This document shows positions 9,125 to 19,328 of a stretch of DNA of 64,000 bases, piece by piece. Below the pieces are notes generated by a model. The model was not told where the DNA came from. It worked only from the letters and a program-made list of their open reading frames with translations, and ran no database searches. Source of the stretch: Candidatus Latescibacterota bacterium. GTDB taxonomy: Bacteria > Latescibacterota > UBA2968. The DNA lies in NCBI GenBank assembly GCA_965204745.1, contig OZ242010.1:5184001-5248000 (forward strand). The letters run 5' to 3'. The stretch's first letter is position 1. Every line of letters begins with the position of its first letter. The position numbers and the translations under genes are program-made.

Positions 9125-10785
9125 TGCGCCACCCCCACCAACACCGAGACGAGCGATTCCAGAGTTTGAACCTCTTTTATTTTGAAATCCGCGTTATTGA
9201 GCAAGTGCCCGTATTCTGCGGTCGTGCGTTCCTTCCCCCCGCTTGTCATGAGCAGATGCAGGCTACACAACGCGCCCGCGATGCCAGTCTTGGGAATCAA
9301 CATCTCGACGATGTAGATGTGCCCCCCGCGGGGCAGGGCTGCCCGGGCGTTTTGCAGTATCCGGATCGCCTTTGCATCTGCCCAATCGTGAAGGACGCGG
9401 GCGAGTACAACCGCATCGGCCTCAATGCCCCACGGCTCAAATAGATCGCCCGCATACCATGCGAGCCGTTCGCGTTTTCCTTGCTCCTGAATTGCCCGAG
9501 CGATCACCTCGGGGCGGTCGAGGACGGTCACCTGGAGATGGGGATGTGCGTCGAGCATGAGATTTGCCAACACACCCAACCCACCGCCGGCATCAATAAC
9601 GCGCTCGCGCCCCTGAAGACCCAATGCGCTCGTCACACTTGAATAGTCGTGCCGAGCGTAACTTTGCAACATTCGATGATGCCCTTCGCAACGCTGTTCA
9701 TCGCGGGCGACTTCGGCGAAAACATCGGGTGCGTTCTCGTTGCCGTGCAGGGCTTGCGGAAGCGAAGCCCACATTTCCGAAAACGGCCCTGCGTATTCAA
9801 GGGCTGCATCTGCCAATGTGAGCGGATGCTCCATACAGAGAAATTCTCCGCGGGCGGTCAGGTGCCAAATGCCTTCCCGCATCGAGACGAGGGATAACTC
9901 TCCCAGTGCCCGCAGAAGTCGTTGGACAGCACCGATCCGCAATTTGCACTTGTGCGCGACCTCGACAGTGCTCGCGGGGAGTAACTCAATGACGCCGAGT
10001 TTGACTGCGGCGGCGATGGTTTGCGTTCGCCAAAAGCCGACCATGTCCCCAGAGAGTACTGCGAACTCGGAGCGACGGGGTGAACGGAGCGCGACCATGG
10101 ACTCGCCCATCTCGTCGATGACCTCGAATGCCCCGTCGAATCGCTCCACGCGGGCTTGACCGTTGTAGAAGGGTTCCACCGTTGCGAAACGGCGCGAATA
10201 GATGGGGGTGCCGGTGCGATTGACATGTGCCCAACCTGCTTCATCCCGGGCGCGTGCAAAACCTTTGTGGAATACATCGAGATCTGAGAACCATTGACCG
10301 TGTATTTGTCGACCATCCGCGTCGATATGCGTAGATCGGCCATCTTTGGCCTGAATAACGGCGATGCCGTCGCGGTAATCGCCAGCATAACGCCACCGCG
10401 CCTGATAAACCGGAATGCCGTCGTATGCGATGTGAAAGTACGAATTGTCGTTATCGCGTACCGCACATCGTCCTTCTTGAAAGTTGCCGCACCAAGCGTA
10501 TCGCTGTGGGTACGCATCTTTGCCGGATGGCTGAATATGGTGCCAGCCATCTTTGCCAATAACAGCAGCACGGTTTTCGTAGAAGCCAAACGTTCGCCGA
10601 AAATGCCGTTTATAGGCCGGTCTGCCATCCGGCCCGATGTGCCATGCCTTTGATCCTCGGAGGACTGGTGCCAACCCCGGTGCGCGAAACTTCAGGACTT
10701 CGTCAAATCGTTCTTCATAAGCGGGAATGCCGTTAATGACGTGATGGGAGCCTTCCGGTGCGATGTCCAAAAATTCAGGATTCAT
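9121..10785 (-). CDS. WG-type beta-repeat domain fused to a SAM-dependent methyltransferase (Methyltransf_2-like)
   Basis: Repeated F.EG.A.V...W.HI...G units; dimerisation HTH, IDAGGGLG, GDLF, RVLHDW, GGKERT. Confidence 0.85.
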   Translation of the reverse strand: MNPEFLDIAPEGSHHVINGIPAYEERFDEVLKFRAPGLAPVLRGSKAWHIGPDGRPAYKRHFRRTFGFYENRAAVIGKDGWHHIQPSGKDAYPQRYAWCGNFQEGRCAVRDNDNSYFHIAYDGIPVYQARWRYAGDYRDGIAVIQAKDGRSTHIDADGRQIHGQWFSDLDVFHKGFARARDEAGWAHVNRTGTPIYSRRFATVEPFYNGQARVERFDGAFEVIDEMGESMVALRSPRRSEFAVLSGDMVGFWRTQTIAAAVKLGVIELLPASTVEVAHKCKLRIGAVQRLLRALGELSLVSMREGIWHLTARGEFLCMEHPLTLADAALEYAGPFSEMWASLPQALHGNENAPDVFAEVARDEQRCEGHHRMLQSYARHDYSSVTSALGLQGRERVIDAGGGLGVLANLMLDAHPHLQVTVLDRPEVIARAIQEQGKRERLAWYAGDLFEPWGIEADAVVLARVLHDWADAKAIRILQNARAALPRGGHIYIVEMLIPKTGIAGALCSLHLLMTSGGKERTTAEYGHLLNNADFKIKEVQTLESLVSVLVGVAQ

Positions 10786-13133
10786 GAGGTTCCTCCCACG
10801 GGTTTACGCATGTTGCAACCCAGGCAAAGGGAGCGGTTGCGGTATGTTGCCATGAGTTCTCGGTACGCGTCGCCGTTCCATATTTCCATCAATCCTCGCT
10901 CGTGCAGATTGCCAAATTCGCCCAGGGTGCGGCGTTGGGCATCCGGCGCGCAACACGGGTCAAAGCGGCCCATCGCACTCACCCATACCTCTTGACCCAA
11001 AAATGGACACTGCCCGCCGGGGGCGAGATCGTCAACCGCATCTTCATCGAGTGGGAAAATGTTCTCGAGCAAAATGTACTGTCCATTCGGAAGCGTCCGT
11101 TCCACGGCCGCCTCGCGCGCTTTGAAAACCGCCTCATTCCATCGGCGAATGGCTGAGGGGTCGCGGCGCATGGATTGCTTTTTGATTTCGTCGAAGTGGA
11201 CCCACAGGTGGTGCCCTTTCACGCGGTCCACGCCAAGGTCAATGGCGAGTCTCACCGTGTCGGCGAGTTCCCCTACATTGGCTTCGAGAAAAGTTAGTTG
11301 AAAGGTGACGCGACAGCGATTGCCACCGTGGGCCGCGTGTGCGTCTCTCACTGCGATGAATGTCCGTGCGTTTTCCAGCACCTTTTCCCAGTTGGCACCG
11401 ATCATGATGGTCTCCTGCGTCTCTTTCGTCGATCCATTCCAAGAGATTTTGACATCTGACGTCACGGGTACAATTTGCTCTGCCCATTTGCGTGCGCCAA
11501 GGCGCGGGAAGGTGCCGTTGGTCGTGAGGTTGAGCCTAACACCGTAGCGTTTACAAAGATCGAGAATGTCCTCGAATTGATCGTAGAGCAACGGTTCGCC
11601 CATCGTTGACGGAATGATCTCCTCAAGCCCGTGCGGTGCCGCATCTGCGACAACCCGCTCGATCATCTCGAAGGACATCAGCCGCCTAGGCCGGCCTTCG
11701 GTTCTTCTCAAGTCTTGAAGTGGGCTGTGCGGCGAGTGCTCCTCGCACATGATACAGCGCAGATTGCAAGTGTCCGGGTTTGTGTCGAAAGTGATCCGCC
11801 ACGGCCCTTTTCGTCGCTGAAGGCGTGCGGTATCTCGCCGTTTCATCACTTGGTCGTAAAGTGCCTCAATCCGACGAACGTGTGTCTCTATCGCCGGTAC
11901 ATCTCCGGTTGCGCTGGACAGATAGCCCCTCGCGCCGAGTTTGGCGGCGAGTTCGGGCGCATCGACGAATCGTTGCATTTGTTCGGCGAGTGAAGCGGAT
12001 GAGCGATGTTCAAACAGGAGGCCGTTGATCTCGTGATGGACATACTCGCCCATGCCGCCTGCATTGGCGGTGATAACCGGCACGCGGGCCTGTTGCGCCT
12101 CGTGGATGACCAGCGGTGAATTTTCCACCCAAACCGAAGGCACGACGATGGCGTCGCAACGATCAAAAACATCGCGCACAATATTCCAATTTTTGTACTC
12201 GGGCATCCATTCAATGCGCCTGGTCGCGTGTTCTGGCAACGAATTTGCCATCTCTTTTAGCGCGACGGTGTCCTGCCCGCTCGGCCGTCCCCAAATACGC
12301 AAACGCGCATCTCCGCCAATGGTGCTGAACGCCCGAATGAGATCGTGAATACCTTTGGCCGGAATGTGCGTCCCAATGTAGCCAAAGGTAAACGGTTCGC
12401 ACGGAGCTCGGTTGCGGCCCATCATTCGTTTTTGATCGAAACCGTAGTCGAGATAAACGAGTTTGCGTTCGGGCAAACCGAAAGCGTCTCGGTAACGGTC
12501 GTGGAGATAGCGGGCCGGCGCGATAAAAAGATCGATCAACTCGGCCATTTCACGCACATGTTGCATGCGCCGCCCGACCCAGTCGGTCCAGTAGGTGACA
12601 TCGGCCTCGTATTCGTCGGGGGCACCGCTGAAGTAACGGGCATAGCAACGCTCGGCGCACTTGCGATCATCTTGTCCGTCGCAAGCGGCCCAGAGATTGT
12701 TTGGATCTTCGGGAAACATCTGCATAAACTGACCGCGGGGGCACATCAGCCAGTAGTCGTGCAGGGTATAGATGATCGGCACTTCCCGGCGTGCCACTTC
12801 TCGCACCAGCGAGGTCGAGAGGTGGTTGAGATGACCGATATGCACCAGATGCGGTTGCAACCGATCCAGCACTTCGGCAAAGCATTGGTCAACCCCAACG
12901 GCTCGATATCGATCCTTGAAACGGGGATTGTTGACAACATGGAGCGCGACCCGCGGATCTTCGGTATCTCGTTCCACGCGCAAGCGAAAATCCGGCGCAA
13001 AGGGATCTTCTTCACGGGTGAAGACATGCACCTCGTGGCGATTGGCGAGCCCTTGGCACAACATCTGGCTGTACACCTCTGACCCGGCGTTGTAGCGCAT
13101 GGGGTAACCATGAATGACTTTCAGAATTTTCAC
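10782..13133 (-). CDS. GT4-type glycosyltransferase fused to a radical SAM/SPASM domain
   Basis: TLHDYW, KGI, ENSPLVIHEA (GT-B); CNLRCIMC, MGEPL, TTNGT and C-terminal Cys cluster; GTG start with AGGAGG. Confidence 0.9.
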   Translation of the reverse strand: MKILKVIHGYPMRYNAGSEVYSQMLCQGLANRHEVHVFTREEDPFAPDFRLRVERDTEDPRVALHVVNNPRFKDRYRAVGVDQCFAEVLDRLQPHLVHIGHLNHLSTSLVREVARREVPIIYTLHDYWLMCPRGQFMQMFPEDPNNLWAACDGQDDRKCAERCYARYFSGAPDEYEADVTYWTDWVGRRMQHVREMAELIDLFIAPARYLHDRYRDAFGLPERKLVYLDYGFDQKRMMGRNRAPCEPFTFGYIGTHIPAKGIHDLIRAFSTIGGDARLRIWGRPSGQDTVALKEMANSLPEHATRRIEWMPEYKNWNIVRDVFDRCDAIVVPSVWVENSPLVIHEAQQARVPVITANAGGMGEYVHHEINGLLFEHRSSASLAEQMQRFVDAPELAAKLGARGYLSSATGDVPAIETHVRRIEALYDQVMKRRDTARLQRRKGPWRITFDTNPDTCNLRCIMCEEHSPHSPLQDLRRTEGRPRRLMSFEMIERVVADAAPHGLEEIIPSTMGEPLLYDQFEDILDLCKRYGVRLNLTTNGTFPRLGARKWAEQIVPVTSDVKISWNGSTKETQETIMIGANWEKVLENARTFIAVRDAHAAHGGNRCRVTFQLTFLEANVGELADTVRLAIDLGVDRVKGHHLWVHFDEIKKQSMRRDPSAIRRWNEAVFKAREAAVERTLPNGQYILLENIFPLDEDAVDDLAPGGQCPFLGQEVWVSAMGRFDPCCAPDAQRRTLGEFGNLHERGLMEIWNGDAYRELMATYRNRSLCLGCNMRKPVGGTS

Positions 13134-13161
13134 AGCGATCTCCTCCTTTGTATTTCGCGCA

Positions 13162-14154
13162 TCATATCGCCACATCCACGCTTTTGCCGGACGCGCCTGA
13201 GATGCGGGCCGCGTGCAAGACCTGCATCACGCGCAAGCCGTGTTCCGCGGTGATGATCAAGTCTTCGCCCTCGCGCAGGTGCCGGGCGATGTTCACGTGC
13301 AGATTTTCCCGCGGCACGGCCTCCGTGCGAACATCCCGTCCGTTTTCACTGTAGATGGTGACTTCGCCCGCGCCGCCACGTCCGCACACGAGCGTGGCTT
13401 CTGTGCCGAGAACGATCCACTTGTACGGCAGTGCGTAATGGGAAATATCGGCCTTGGCCGCGCGGGCGCGCACCCCATTGTCAAAGACCATGACGATATC
13501 GAACAAATCGTCGGCATCCCCCCATTTGGTATGCCGCACATCGGCAAAGACCGAGACGATGCGATGCCCCGCCATCAAGTCGATCACCTGCTCGACCCAG
13601 TGCGGCCCAAAATCCAGCAAAGTGCCTCCGCCCGCGGCCGCGGTCACGCGCCATTGTCGGTCGTAGTCCGCGATGCCGAACCCCACGGCCGGGCGCGCGC
13701 CCAGCGTGCGATTTTCAATGGCGACGACCTCGCCAACGGCCCCGTCCAAAACCGCGCGCTTCACCAGACAATAATCCCGGTCAAAGTGCCGGTTGTGGTG
13801 CAGCGTCAGCATCACGCCATTGTCCTTTGCCGCCTGCACCATCTCCTCGGCCTGGGGCCCGGTCAGTGCCATGGGCTTTTCGATCAGCATGTGCTTTTTC
13901 GCCGCGGCCACCTTGAGCGCGTCTGCATAGTGCGCTGCCGAATGCGTGGCGATCAACACCAATTCGATGTCCCAAGTCAAAAACGCGTCGAGGTCATCGG
14001 TCGCGCGCAGGCCCTCGCCCATCGCCGCGTCTCGTCTGGACGCCGTAATATCGCACACCCCCACCACCTCGTACACCCCGGTCTCGCGCATGATTCGCAG
14101 ATGGTTGCCGGCCACGCGCCCAAATCCAATTATGCCCGCTTTGATTTTTTTCAT
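13162..14154 (-). CDS. Gfo/Idh/MocA family oxidoreductase
   Basis: GIIGFGRVA, IEKPMA, GGGTLLDFGPH. Confidence 0.9.
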   Translation of the reverse strand: MKKIKAGIIGFGRVAGNHLRIMRETGVYEVVGVCDITASRRDAAMGEGLRATDDLDAFLTWDIELVLIATHSAAHYADALKVAAAKKHMLIEKPMALTGPQAEEMVQAAKDNGVMLTLHHNRHFDRDYCLVKRAVLDGAVGEVVAIENRTLGARPAVGFGIADYDRQWRVTAAAGGGTLLDFGPHWVEQVIDLMAGHRIVSVFADVRHTKWGDADDLFDIVMVFDNGVRARAAKADISHYALPYKWIVLGTEATLVCGRGGAGEVTIYSENGRDVRTEAVPRENLHVNIARHLREGEDLIITAEHGLRVMQVLHAARISGASGKSVDVAI

Positions 14155-14880
14155 TTATTTTTCCTCGTCGTCTCCGTATTCCTCGCCGCGATAGGCCGCC
14201 CGCACTTGGGCTATCGTGGTCGCCTTTTTCACCCGCGCTTGCAGGGCCTCTTCCGTTGCGATCAACAGGTTGACATTCGCCAGCACCTCGGCCATTCGAT
14301 TCGCCGGAAACTTGACCGCGCCATTTTCATCCATGTGGATGATCTCCCCGGGCGCGACATCCATGCCGCAAATCGACACCGGCACGTTCACCGCTTGCAC
14401 GGCCTGATCCCCGTGCCCGGGGGAGATGCCGGTCAACAAATACTGAAATCCCATCGGCCGGATTTCGTCAATGTCCCGCGATGGCCCGTTCGACACGCAA
14501 CCTATGCAGCCCAACGCCTGCATCGTGGTCGTCATATTGCCGCCCGCAAGCCCGACCTTGCCCGCAATCTCGGCCGGGAACTTCTGCTCCAGCGCGAGGA
14601 TAGTAGGCTTTGGCGACGCGTCCAATGCCTCGGCCACGTCCATGAACGACAACCGCTTAAACCCCGCGTCTGGCAAGCCAAACGCACACGTCACCGCGTA
14701 CCCGCACCGCGCGCCGAGTTCCGGATACATGCACTTGATCGTCTGATCCGTGTACCAATTCTCGGTCCAGGGATTGTAAAGCCCCAAACACAGCGGATTA
14801 TTCGGATACGTCGCCACCACATTGGTGATGGATGGCGTATCGAATTTCTCCAACGCCTTCAAAATTTCCCGATCCGTCAT
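14155..14880 (-). CDS. RraA/HMG aldolase family protein
   Basis: DTPSITN, NGPSRDIDE, VAPGEIIHMDENG. Confidence 0.85.
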   Translation of the reverse strand: MTDREILKALEKFDTPSITNVVATYPNNPLCLGLYNPWTENWYTDQTIKCMYPELGARCGYAVTCAFGLPDAGFKRLSFMDVAEALDASPKPTILALEQKFPAEIAGKVGLAGGNMTTTMQALGCIGCVSNGPSRDIDEIRPMGFQYLLTGISPGHGDQAVQAVNVPVSICGMDVAPGEIIHMDENGAVKFPANRMAEVLANVNLLIATEEALQARVKKATTIAQVRAAYRGEEYGDDEEK

Positions 14881-14947
14881 GACTTCCTCCTTTGAAAATC
14901 AGTGGTGCTCTGCCCGGCCCAAAGGCAAGAGGCAAGAGGTAAGAGGC

Positions 14948-16245
14948 AAGATACTCTCTTAAAAGGTCAAGGGGTTTTCGGGGTGATTCGATAGAATTTT
15001 TCGCCCTCAAAATCTTGGTCATGGCGCAACATGCCCCAGATCGAATGGAGCAACTTTCGCATCACCGCAACGATAGCCTGCAAAGGTTTCTTGCCGCGGG
15101 CGATGAGTTGGTCATAGAAGGCTTTGACATGGCCTTCGTGTCTGATGGCCACCCAGGCAGGCATATAGAGGGCATGGCGGAGGTACTTATTCCCGGTTTT
15201 CGAGATGCGTCTTTGTGGATTGGCGGTTCCGGATTGTTTGGGTTTGGGATCCAGGCCTGCATGTGCGACCCACTGGGGCGGTTGCATCTCCTCTGGCAAA
15301 AGGGTCAACTCGGCCAAGAGCCGCAAGGCACTCGTTTGCGCGATGCCAGGCGTCGAGCAGAGGCGTTGGTAGGCACGCTTGAGGGGCTCATCGTGCAAAA
15401 CGAGATCGAGGGCTTGGCTTTCCAAGTATGCAATCCGGCGTTTGAAGTGTCGAATATTCACCTGAATATCGCGTGCGATGAGACGTGTGCTGCGGATGTG
15501 GTAGCTCTGCGCGTGGTTGCGGCTCTGTTCGCGGATGATCTCCTGCTTGAGTTGGTCAATGCGTCTGGTGAGGGCTTGCAGTTGAAGCCGTTGCTCGCTC
15601 GGCGCTTGCCAAGGCACAAAAGGCATGCGCTCGGCATAGTCGAGGATCAACAACGCATCCTTCGCATCCGTCTTCGCCCGTTGCATGCAGGCTTGGGCGT
15701 ACTTGCTCATCGCTTTGGGATTGACGACCATGACCTTTGTGTGGCGATGCCGATGCAAGGCCAAGGCCACCCCCAAACTGTAAAGCCCGGTCGCTTCGAG
15801 GCACACAGAGACCATGTGCCCGCCCTTCGTGAGCCACTTCAGCAACCGCTTATGCGCTTGGGGATCATTGGCAAAGGTCGCTTGCATGACAGCTTGTCCG
15901 GGTCTGGACAGGGCAACGGACAACGTGCGGGCACTGACATCAATGCCGGCAAAAGCGGGGTGAGATTTCGACATGGGGGCCTCCTGTGATGAGGGGGTTG
16001 TAAGGGATCTGGTGCGCGCTCGGGGTCGCGTCCCGACCATTGACGCCAAGTCTACCGGTCTTGTATATGCAGCCTCAAGGGGCTTAGATACTCTTCGGCA
16101 TAGACCCGGCGGTCGGGGGGCCTATCTTACCTACAAGGTCATCGCCTTCAAGAGGGGCCGGCCTTCCCCGAGCCGGGCATCAAGATGGCTTATCTCGATA
16201 CGAGGGCGCAACTCCTAATTAACCCTTACTTCCAAGATAGCAAGA
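14948..16245 (-). mobile_element. IS110-family insertion sequence, copy 1 (1298 bp including both TCTT cores)
   Basis: Matches the other two copies apart from one extra base at the left junction; no terminal IRs; ~270 bp non-coding leader. Confidence 0.95.
14967..15974 (-). CDS. IS110 DEDD recombinase/transposase
   Basis: GIDVS, LEATG, KTDAKDA, AGLDP..QSG, GNKYLRHALY; AGGAGG RBS. Confidence 0.95.
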   Translation of the reverse strand: MSKSHPAFAGIDVSARTLSVALSRPGQAVMQATFANDPQAHKRLLKWLTKGGHMVSVCLEATGLYSLGVALALHRHRHTKVMVVNPKAMSKYAQACMQRAKTDAKDALLILDYAERMPFVPWQAPSEQRLQLQALTRRIDQLKQEIIREQSRNHAQSYHIRSTRLIARDIQVNIRHFKRRIAYLESQALDLVLHDEPLKRAYQRLCSTPGIAQTSALRLLAELTLLPEEMQPPQWVAHAGLDPKPKQSGTANPQRRISKTGNKYLRHALYMPAWVAIRHEGHVKAFYDQLIARGKKPLQAIVAVMRKLLHSIWGMLRHDQDFEGEKFYRITPKTP

Positions 16246-16318
16246 GGGGAGAGGGCCACCCACAGCACGCTCCCCTAGCTCTTAGGGGTCAGTAGAGCGA
16301 AGGACGCAGTAGGTGTGG

Positions 16319-16900
16319 TCATGGCATCCTCGCCATCTGGGTTTCGAGTCGCTGGGCAAGGGCGTCGAAATCCTCGGGGCACTTCTGTCGGATCGCGCTT
16401 ATTCGGCGTGCGGCTTCGCGTCCGAAGGTATCGCGGCCGCCGCCAAGGCGATTGGCGATGCCGCGTTGTTGTGCCAGAACCTCAAAGTAATTTTCCTTGA
16501 CATGAATCTCTGCGCGAACGTCCGCCCAACGCCAATTATGAGACAAGTTCAAGCCCGCGAGAACCCAAGTCTCGATCTCTTCCCAAGCGTTCTCAGCCAA
16601 GAAAACCCGTTGACCTCCGAACCGCGCCTCGAGCTGGTTGAGCCTTTGTCGTCTCTGTGTGTTGCCATCGCGGTCGACGCATAAGATGAAAATGTCTATC
16701 ATGCCTCGATATTGTTCTACGATTTCTGCCATGCGTCTCGATTTTAGGGCTTCCCCAATGCCGCCGAGCAATGGGTCCTGACAAATTCGAATATGTGCGG
16801 AAGGTCTCGGTCTCTTGAAGGTTCTCATAAGCCGAGAGAAAAGCGGCTTGAGAATGTACTGGTCTTTGCGAAAGTCTTCCGGGATGATGAGGATGTTCAT
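16319..16900 (-). CDS. Hypothetical partner of AAA_21 ATPase (TOPRIM/DUF4276-like)
   Basis: N-terminal IIPED, CVDRDG, EEIETWVLA; coupled to the ATPase by an ATGA overlap. Confidence 0.65.
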   Translation of the reverse strand: MNILIIPEDFRKDQYILKPLFSRLMRTFKRPRPSAHIRICQDPLLGGIGEALKSRRMAEIVEQYRGMIDIFILCVDRDGNTQRRQRLNQLEARFGGQRVFLAENAWEEIETWVLAGLNLSHNWRWADVRAEIHVKENYFEVLAQQRGIANRLGGGRDTFGREAARRISAIRQKCPEDFDALAQRLETQMARMP

Positions 16901-18129
16901 TCTCTGATCCTCTCATCTTGAGCACGCGCCAAGTTGAGCATATCTTCCAGCCACCCACTCGTGTGGAGTCGTCCCAAGCCTTGAGATCGCCGCAACTTCT
17001 GTGCGTTGGGCAGACTAGCTACAGATCGGATGACAGCGTCGTCAGTGTCCTCAAGTCGGCAGATGACGGAGGTGTTTTCGAATGTCCTATCATCGATAAG
17101 GGCCAGCATGTCGGGCGAGTGGGTGGTGGTAATCACTTGGATGCCGTTCTGCGCGGTCTGTTTTTCGATCAGTTCGAGGAGTAGCCACAGGCGGTTGGGA
17201 TGAATGCCATTGTCGAGTTCCTCAAAAAAATAAATGCCCGATGGGTTCGTGCCGAGCAACGCGGTCAGCATAGCCAGAAAGCGCAGCGTGCCATCCGACG
17301 CGCTGTAAGCCGATACTTTTCTGCCATTCGCTTCGCAAATCATGAGATGGACCCGTCCACTGGGATCGCGCAAAAACTCAAAACCCGCCACATCCATCTG
17401 CGTGAGTTCCGCCAGCCACTCAGCGAGAATCTCCTGCTGCCGCGGATCAATACAGATTTCCGCCAGTACTGTAGGCAAGTTCTCGCCGCCGTCGCCCAAG
17501 ACAGTCGCATCGGGGAAAGCAGGCACCCGCATCTGTTCCGGCGACAATTCCAGAAAGCGGATGTTGGCGAGAACGCCAATTACTTGCGCGGCGAGATTCC
17601 CATAGTCTTGGTCGTGCCAAACCCCGAGGGGGTAACTTTGAATCTGTGTCAGTGCCGGTTGGTCTGGGCGCACCGCGATTATCTGATTAGTCTCTCCGAG
17701 GCGAAGGCATATAGCTTTTCTATGAGCAAGGCTATCTGGCTGGGTCGTGTAGATCGGCCTCCCATCGGCGTTTAGTTCTTCTCGCGCAACCCTGAATGTA
17801 CCCAGCCTGGTTTTATCGCGTCTGACTTTGATGGCGTAATTAAAGCGGTGATTCTCGACCCGAAATTTGACGCAAAGGGAGAGTGACGGTTGCCCAAAGC
17901 GGATGACTTCATCGGTAGCACCGCGGATCGGTTTCCAACCAGCCTCGTGCTTCCCGCCAAAAATCTCGGCTAAAGTGTAGCCACGACCAATGCCCTGTAA
18001 GAAGCGGAACGCGTCGCGGATGTTGCTCTTGCCGCTGGCGTTCTCTCCCACGAGTACGGTGAACGGACCTACGCGAAGCGTTTCGTCTGCGAAGTTCTTG
18101 AAATTGACGAGTCGGAGCGAAGTGATCAT
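16897..18129 (-). CDS. AAA_21/ABC-type ATPase
   Basis: GENASGKS Walker A, SDGTLR signature, FFEELDNG Walker B, TTHS. Confidence 0.9.
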   Translation of the reverse strand: MITSLRLVNFKNFADETLRVGPFTVLVGENASGKSNIRDAFRFLQGIGRGYTLAEIFGGKHEAGWKPIRGATDEVIRFGQPSLSLCVKFRVENHRFNYAIKVRRDKTRLGTFRVAREELNADGRPIYTTQPDSLAHRKAICLRLGETNQIIAVRPDQPALTQIQSYPLGVWHDQDYGNLAAQVIGVLANIRFLELSPEQMRVPAFPDATVLGDGGENLPTVLAEICIDPRQQEILAEWLAELTQMDVAGFEFLRDPSGRVHLMICEANGRKVSAYSASDGTLRFLAMLTALLGTNPSGIYFFEELDNGIHPNRLWLLLELIEKQTAQNGIQVITTTHSPDMLALIDDRTFENTSVICRLEDTDDAVIRSVASLPNAQKLRRSQGLGRLHTSGWLEDMLNLARAQDERIRE

Positions 18130-18205
18130 GGTGCTTCTCCAAGTGGACTGTTTCCGCGCTTCGGGCAGGCACGGGGCGCCGCCACTACCTGCTTTTCATC
18201 CGCGG

Positions 18206-19183
18206 TTATCCACGGTTGCTTTTCCCCACCTTTACCACATGTTCCCGTTGCCAGTCTTTGACCAGCGGTTGCAGGTCGTTCCAGAATGCTTCGGGAATTT
18301 CAACCGTGCCTGCTGCGGCGTTTTGGCGGGTCTCGGCTTTGTCGCGCCCGCCGCAAAGGGTGGTTGCGATGAGGGGATGCCGCGTACACCACTGCAAAGA
18401 CGCGGCCACCAGTGGAATGCCGTAATCCGCGCACAGGGCTTGGATTTTGCCGACGTGATCCAACACGGCCCGGCTGAAATTGCGATTCACGTACGACCGC
18501 CCGGGGATGGGGCCCGTTGCCAGCAAACCGCGCTCGAGCGGCGTTGCAAGGGCGATCCCGACATCGTGTTTTGCCGCACTGGGGAAAATGAGCGCGTCTG
18601 CGGTGCGATTCAACAGGCTCCACGCATCCGGCACCACGGCCGCGTCGAACTCGCCGGTTTCGATGTACGGGCCATTGGACTCGGGGTCATTGGCCGCAAT
18701 GCCCACAAAGCGCAACACGCCCTCATCCTGCAATTTTCGCAGTGCGCCGAGCGCGCTGTTTTTTGCCATGACCTGTTGCATGGGAAAATCCATTGGGTCG
18801 TGGATGTACAGCACGTCAAACGCATCGACCCCCAAGCGCGCCCGACTGTCTTGGACTTGCCGCATCACCCCGTCATAAGAATAATCGTGCCCGTCCGGCA
18901 AATTGCCCACCTTGGTCGTCACCGTGCACTTTGCGGCCAAGTCGGGCCGCTCGCGCAACACGCGCCCGATGATTTTTTCACTCGCGGTGCTCCCGTAGAG
19001 CGGCGCCGTATCGATCAACGTGCAACCGGCCTCAATCGCAGCCACCACATTCTCCGCGCCTGCATCTTCGTCAACCCGCGCAGACAAGCCGCCATCCGCG
19101 CCCATGACGCGCCCGAGAAACGCCGTGCCAAACCCGACAATGGGCACGCGCAACCCGGTTCTGCCCAAAACCTTTGTCTGCAT
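18206..19183 (-). CDS. Aldo/keto reductase
   Basis: LGRTGL, IDTAPLYG, TTKVG, LYIHDP. Confidence 0.9.
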   Translation of the reverse strand: MQTKVLGRTGLRVPIVGFGTAFLGRVMGADGGLSARVDEDAGAENVVAAIEAGCTLIDTAPLYGSTASEKIIGRVLRERPDLAAKCTVTTKVGNLPDGHDYSYDGVMRQVQDSRARLGVDAFDVLYIHDPMDFPMQQVMAKNSALGALRKLQDEGVLRFVGIAANDPESNGPYIETGEFDAAVVPDAWSLLNRTADALIFPSAAKHDVGIALATPLERGLLATGPIPGRSYVNRNFSRAVLDHVGKIQALCADYGIPLVAASLQWCTRHPLIATTLCGGRDKAETRQNAAAGTVEIPEAFWNDLQPLVKDWQREHVVKVGKSNRG

Positions 19184-19272
19184 TGCAACGCTCCTGTGCC
19201 GAACAGAAATGGGGGAATCATTCGTCTTAAAACCGTCTCTCAAAAACAAAAAACCCACGCATAATAGACGAC

Positions 19273-19328
19273 CGAACACCATGAGTCAACGCAAAAAATC
19301 CCCTGCTCCGCATTGGAGAACAGGGGAG
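19273..19328 (-). terminator. Intrinsic terminator-like hairpin
   Basis: CCCCTG(C/T)TCC stem followed by a T-run on the minus strand. Confidence 0.5.

Noticed and set aside
13213-14895. 560-aa plus-strand ORF and similar long antisense ORFs (17990-19264, 21244-22506, 15015-15989, 62659-63696)
   Set aside because: Shadow frames of well-supported genes on the opposite strand in GC-rich DNA; no recognisable motifs
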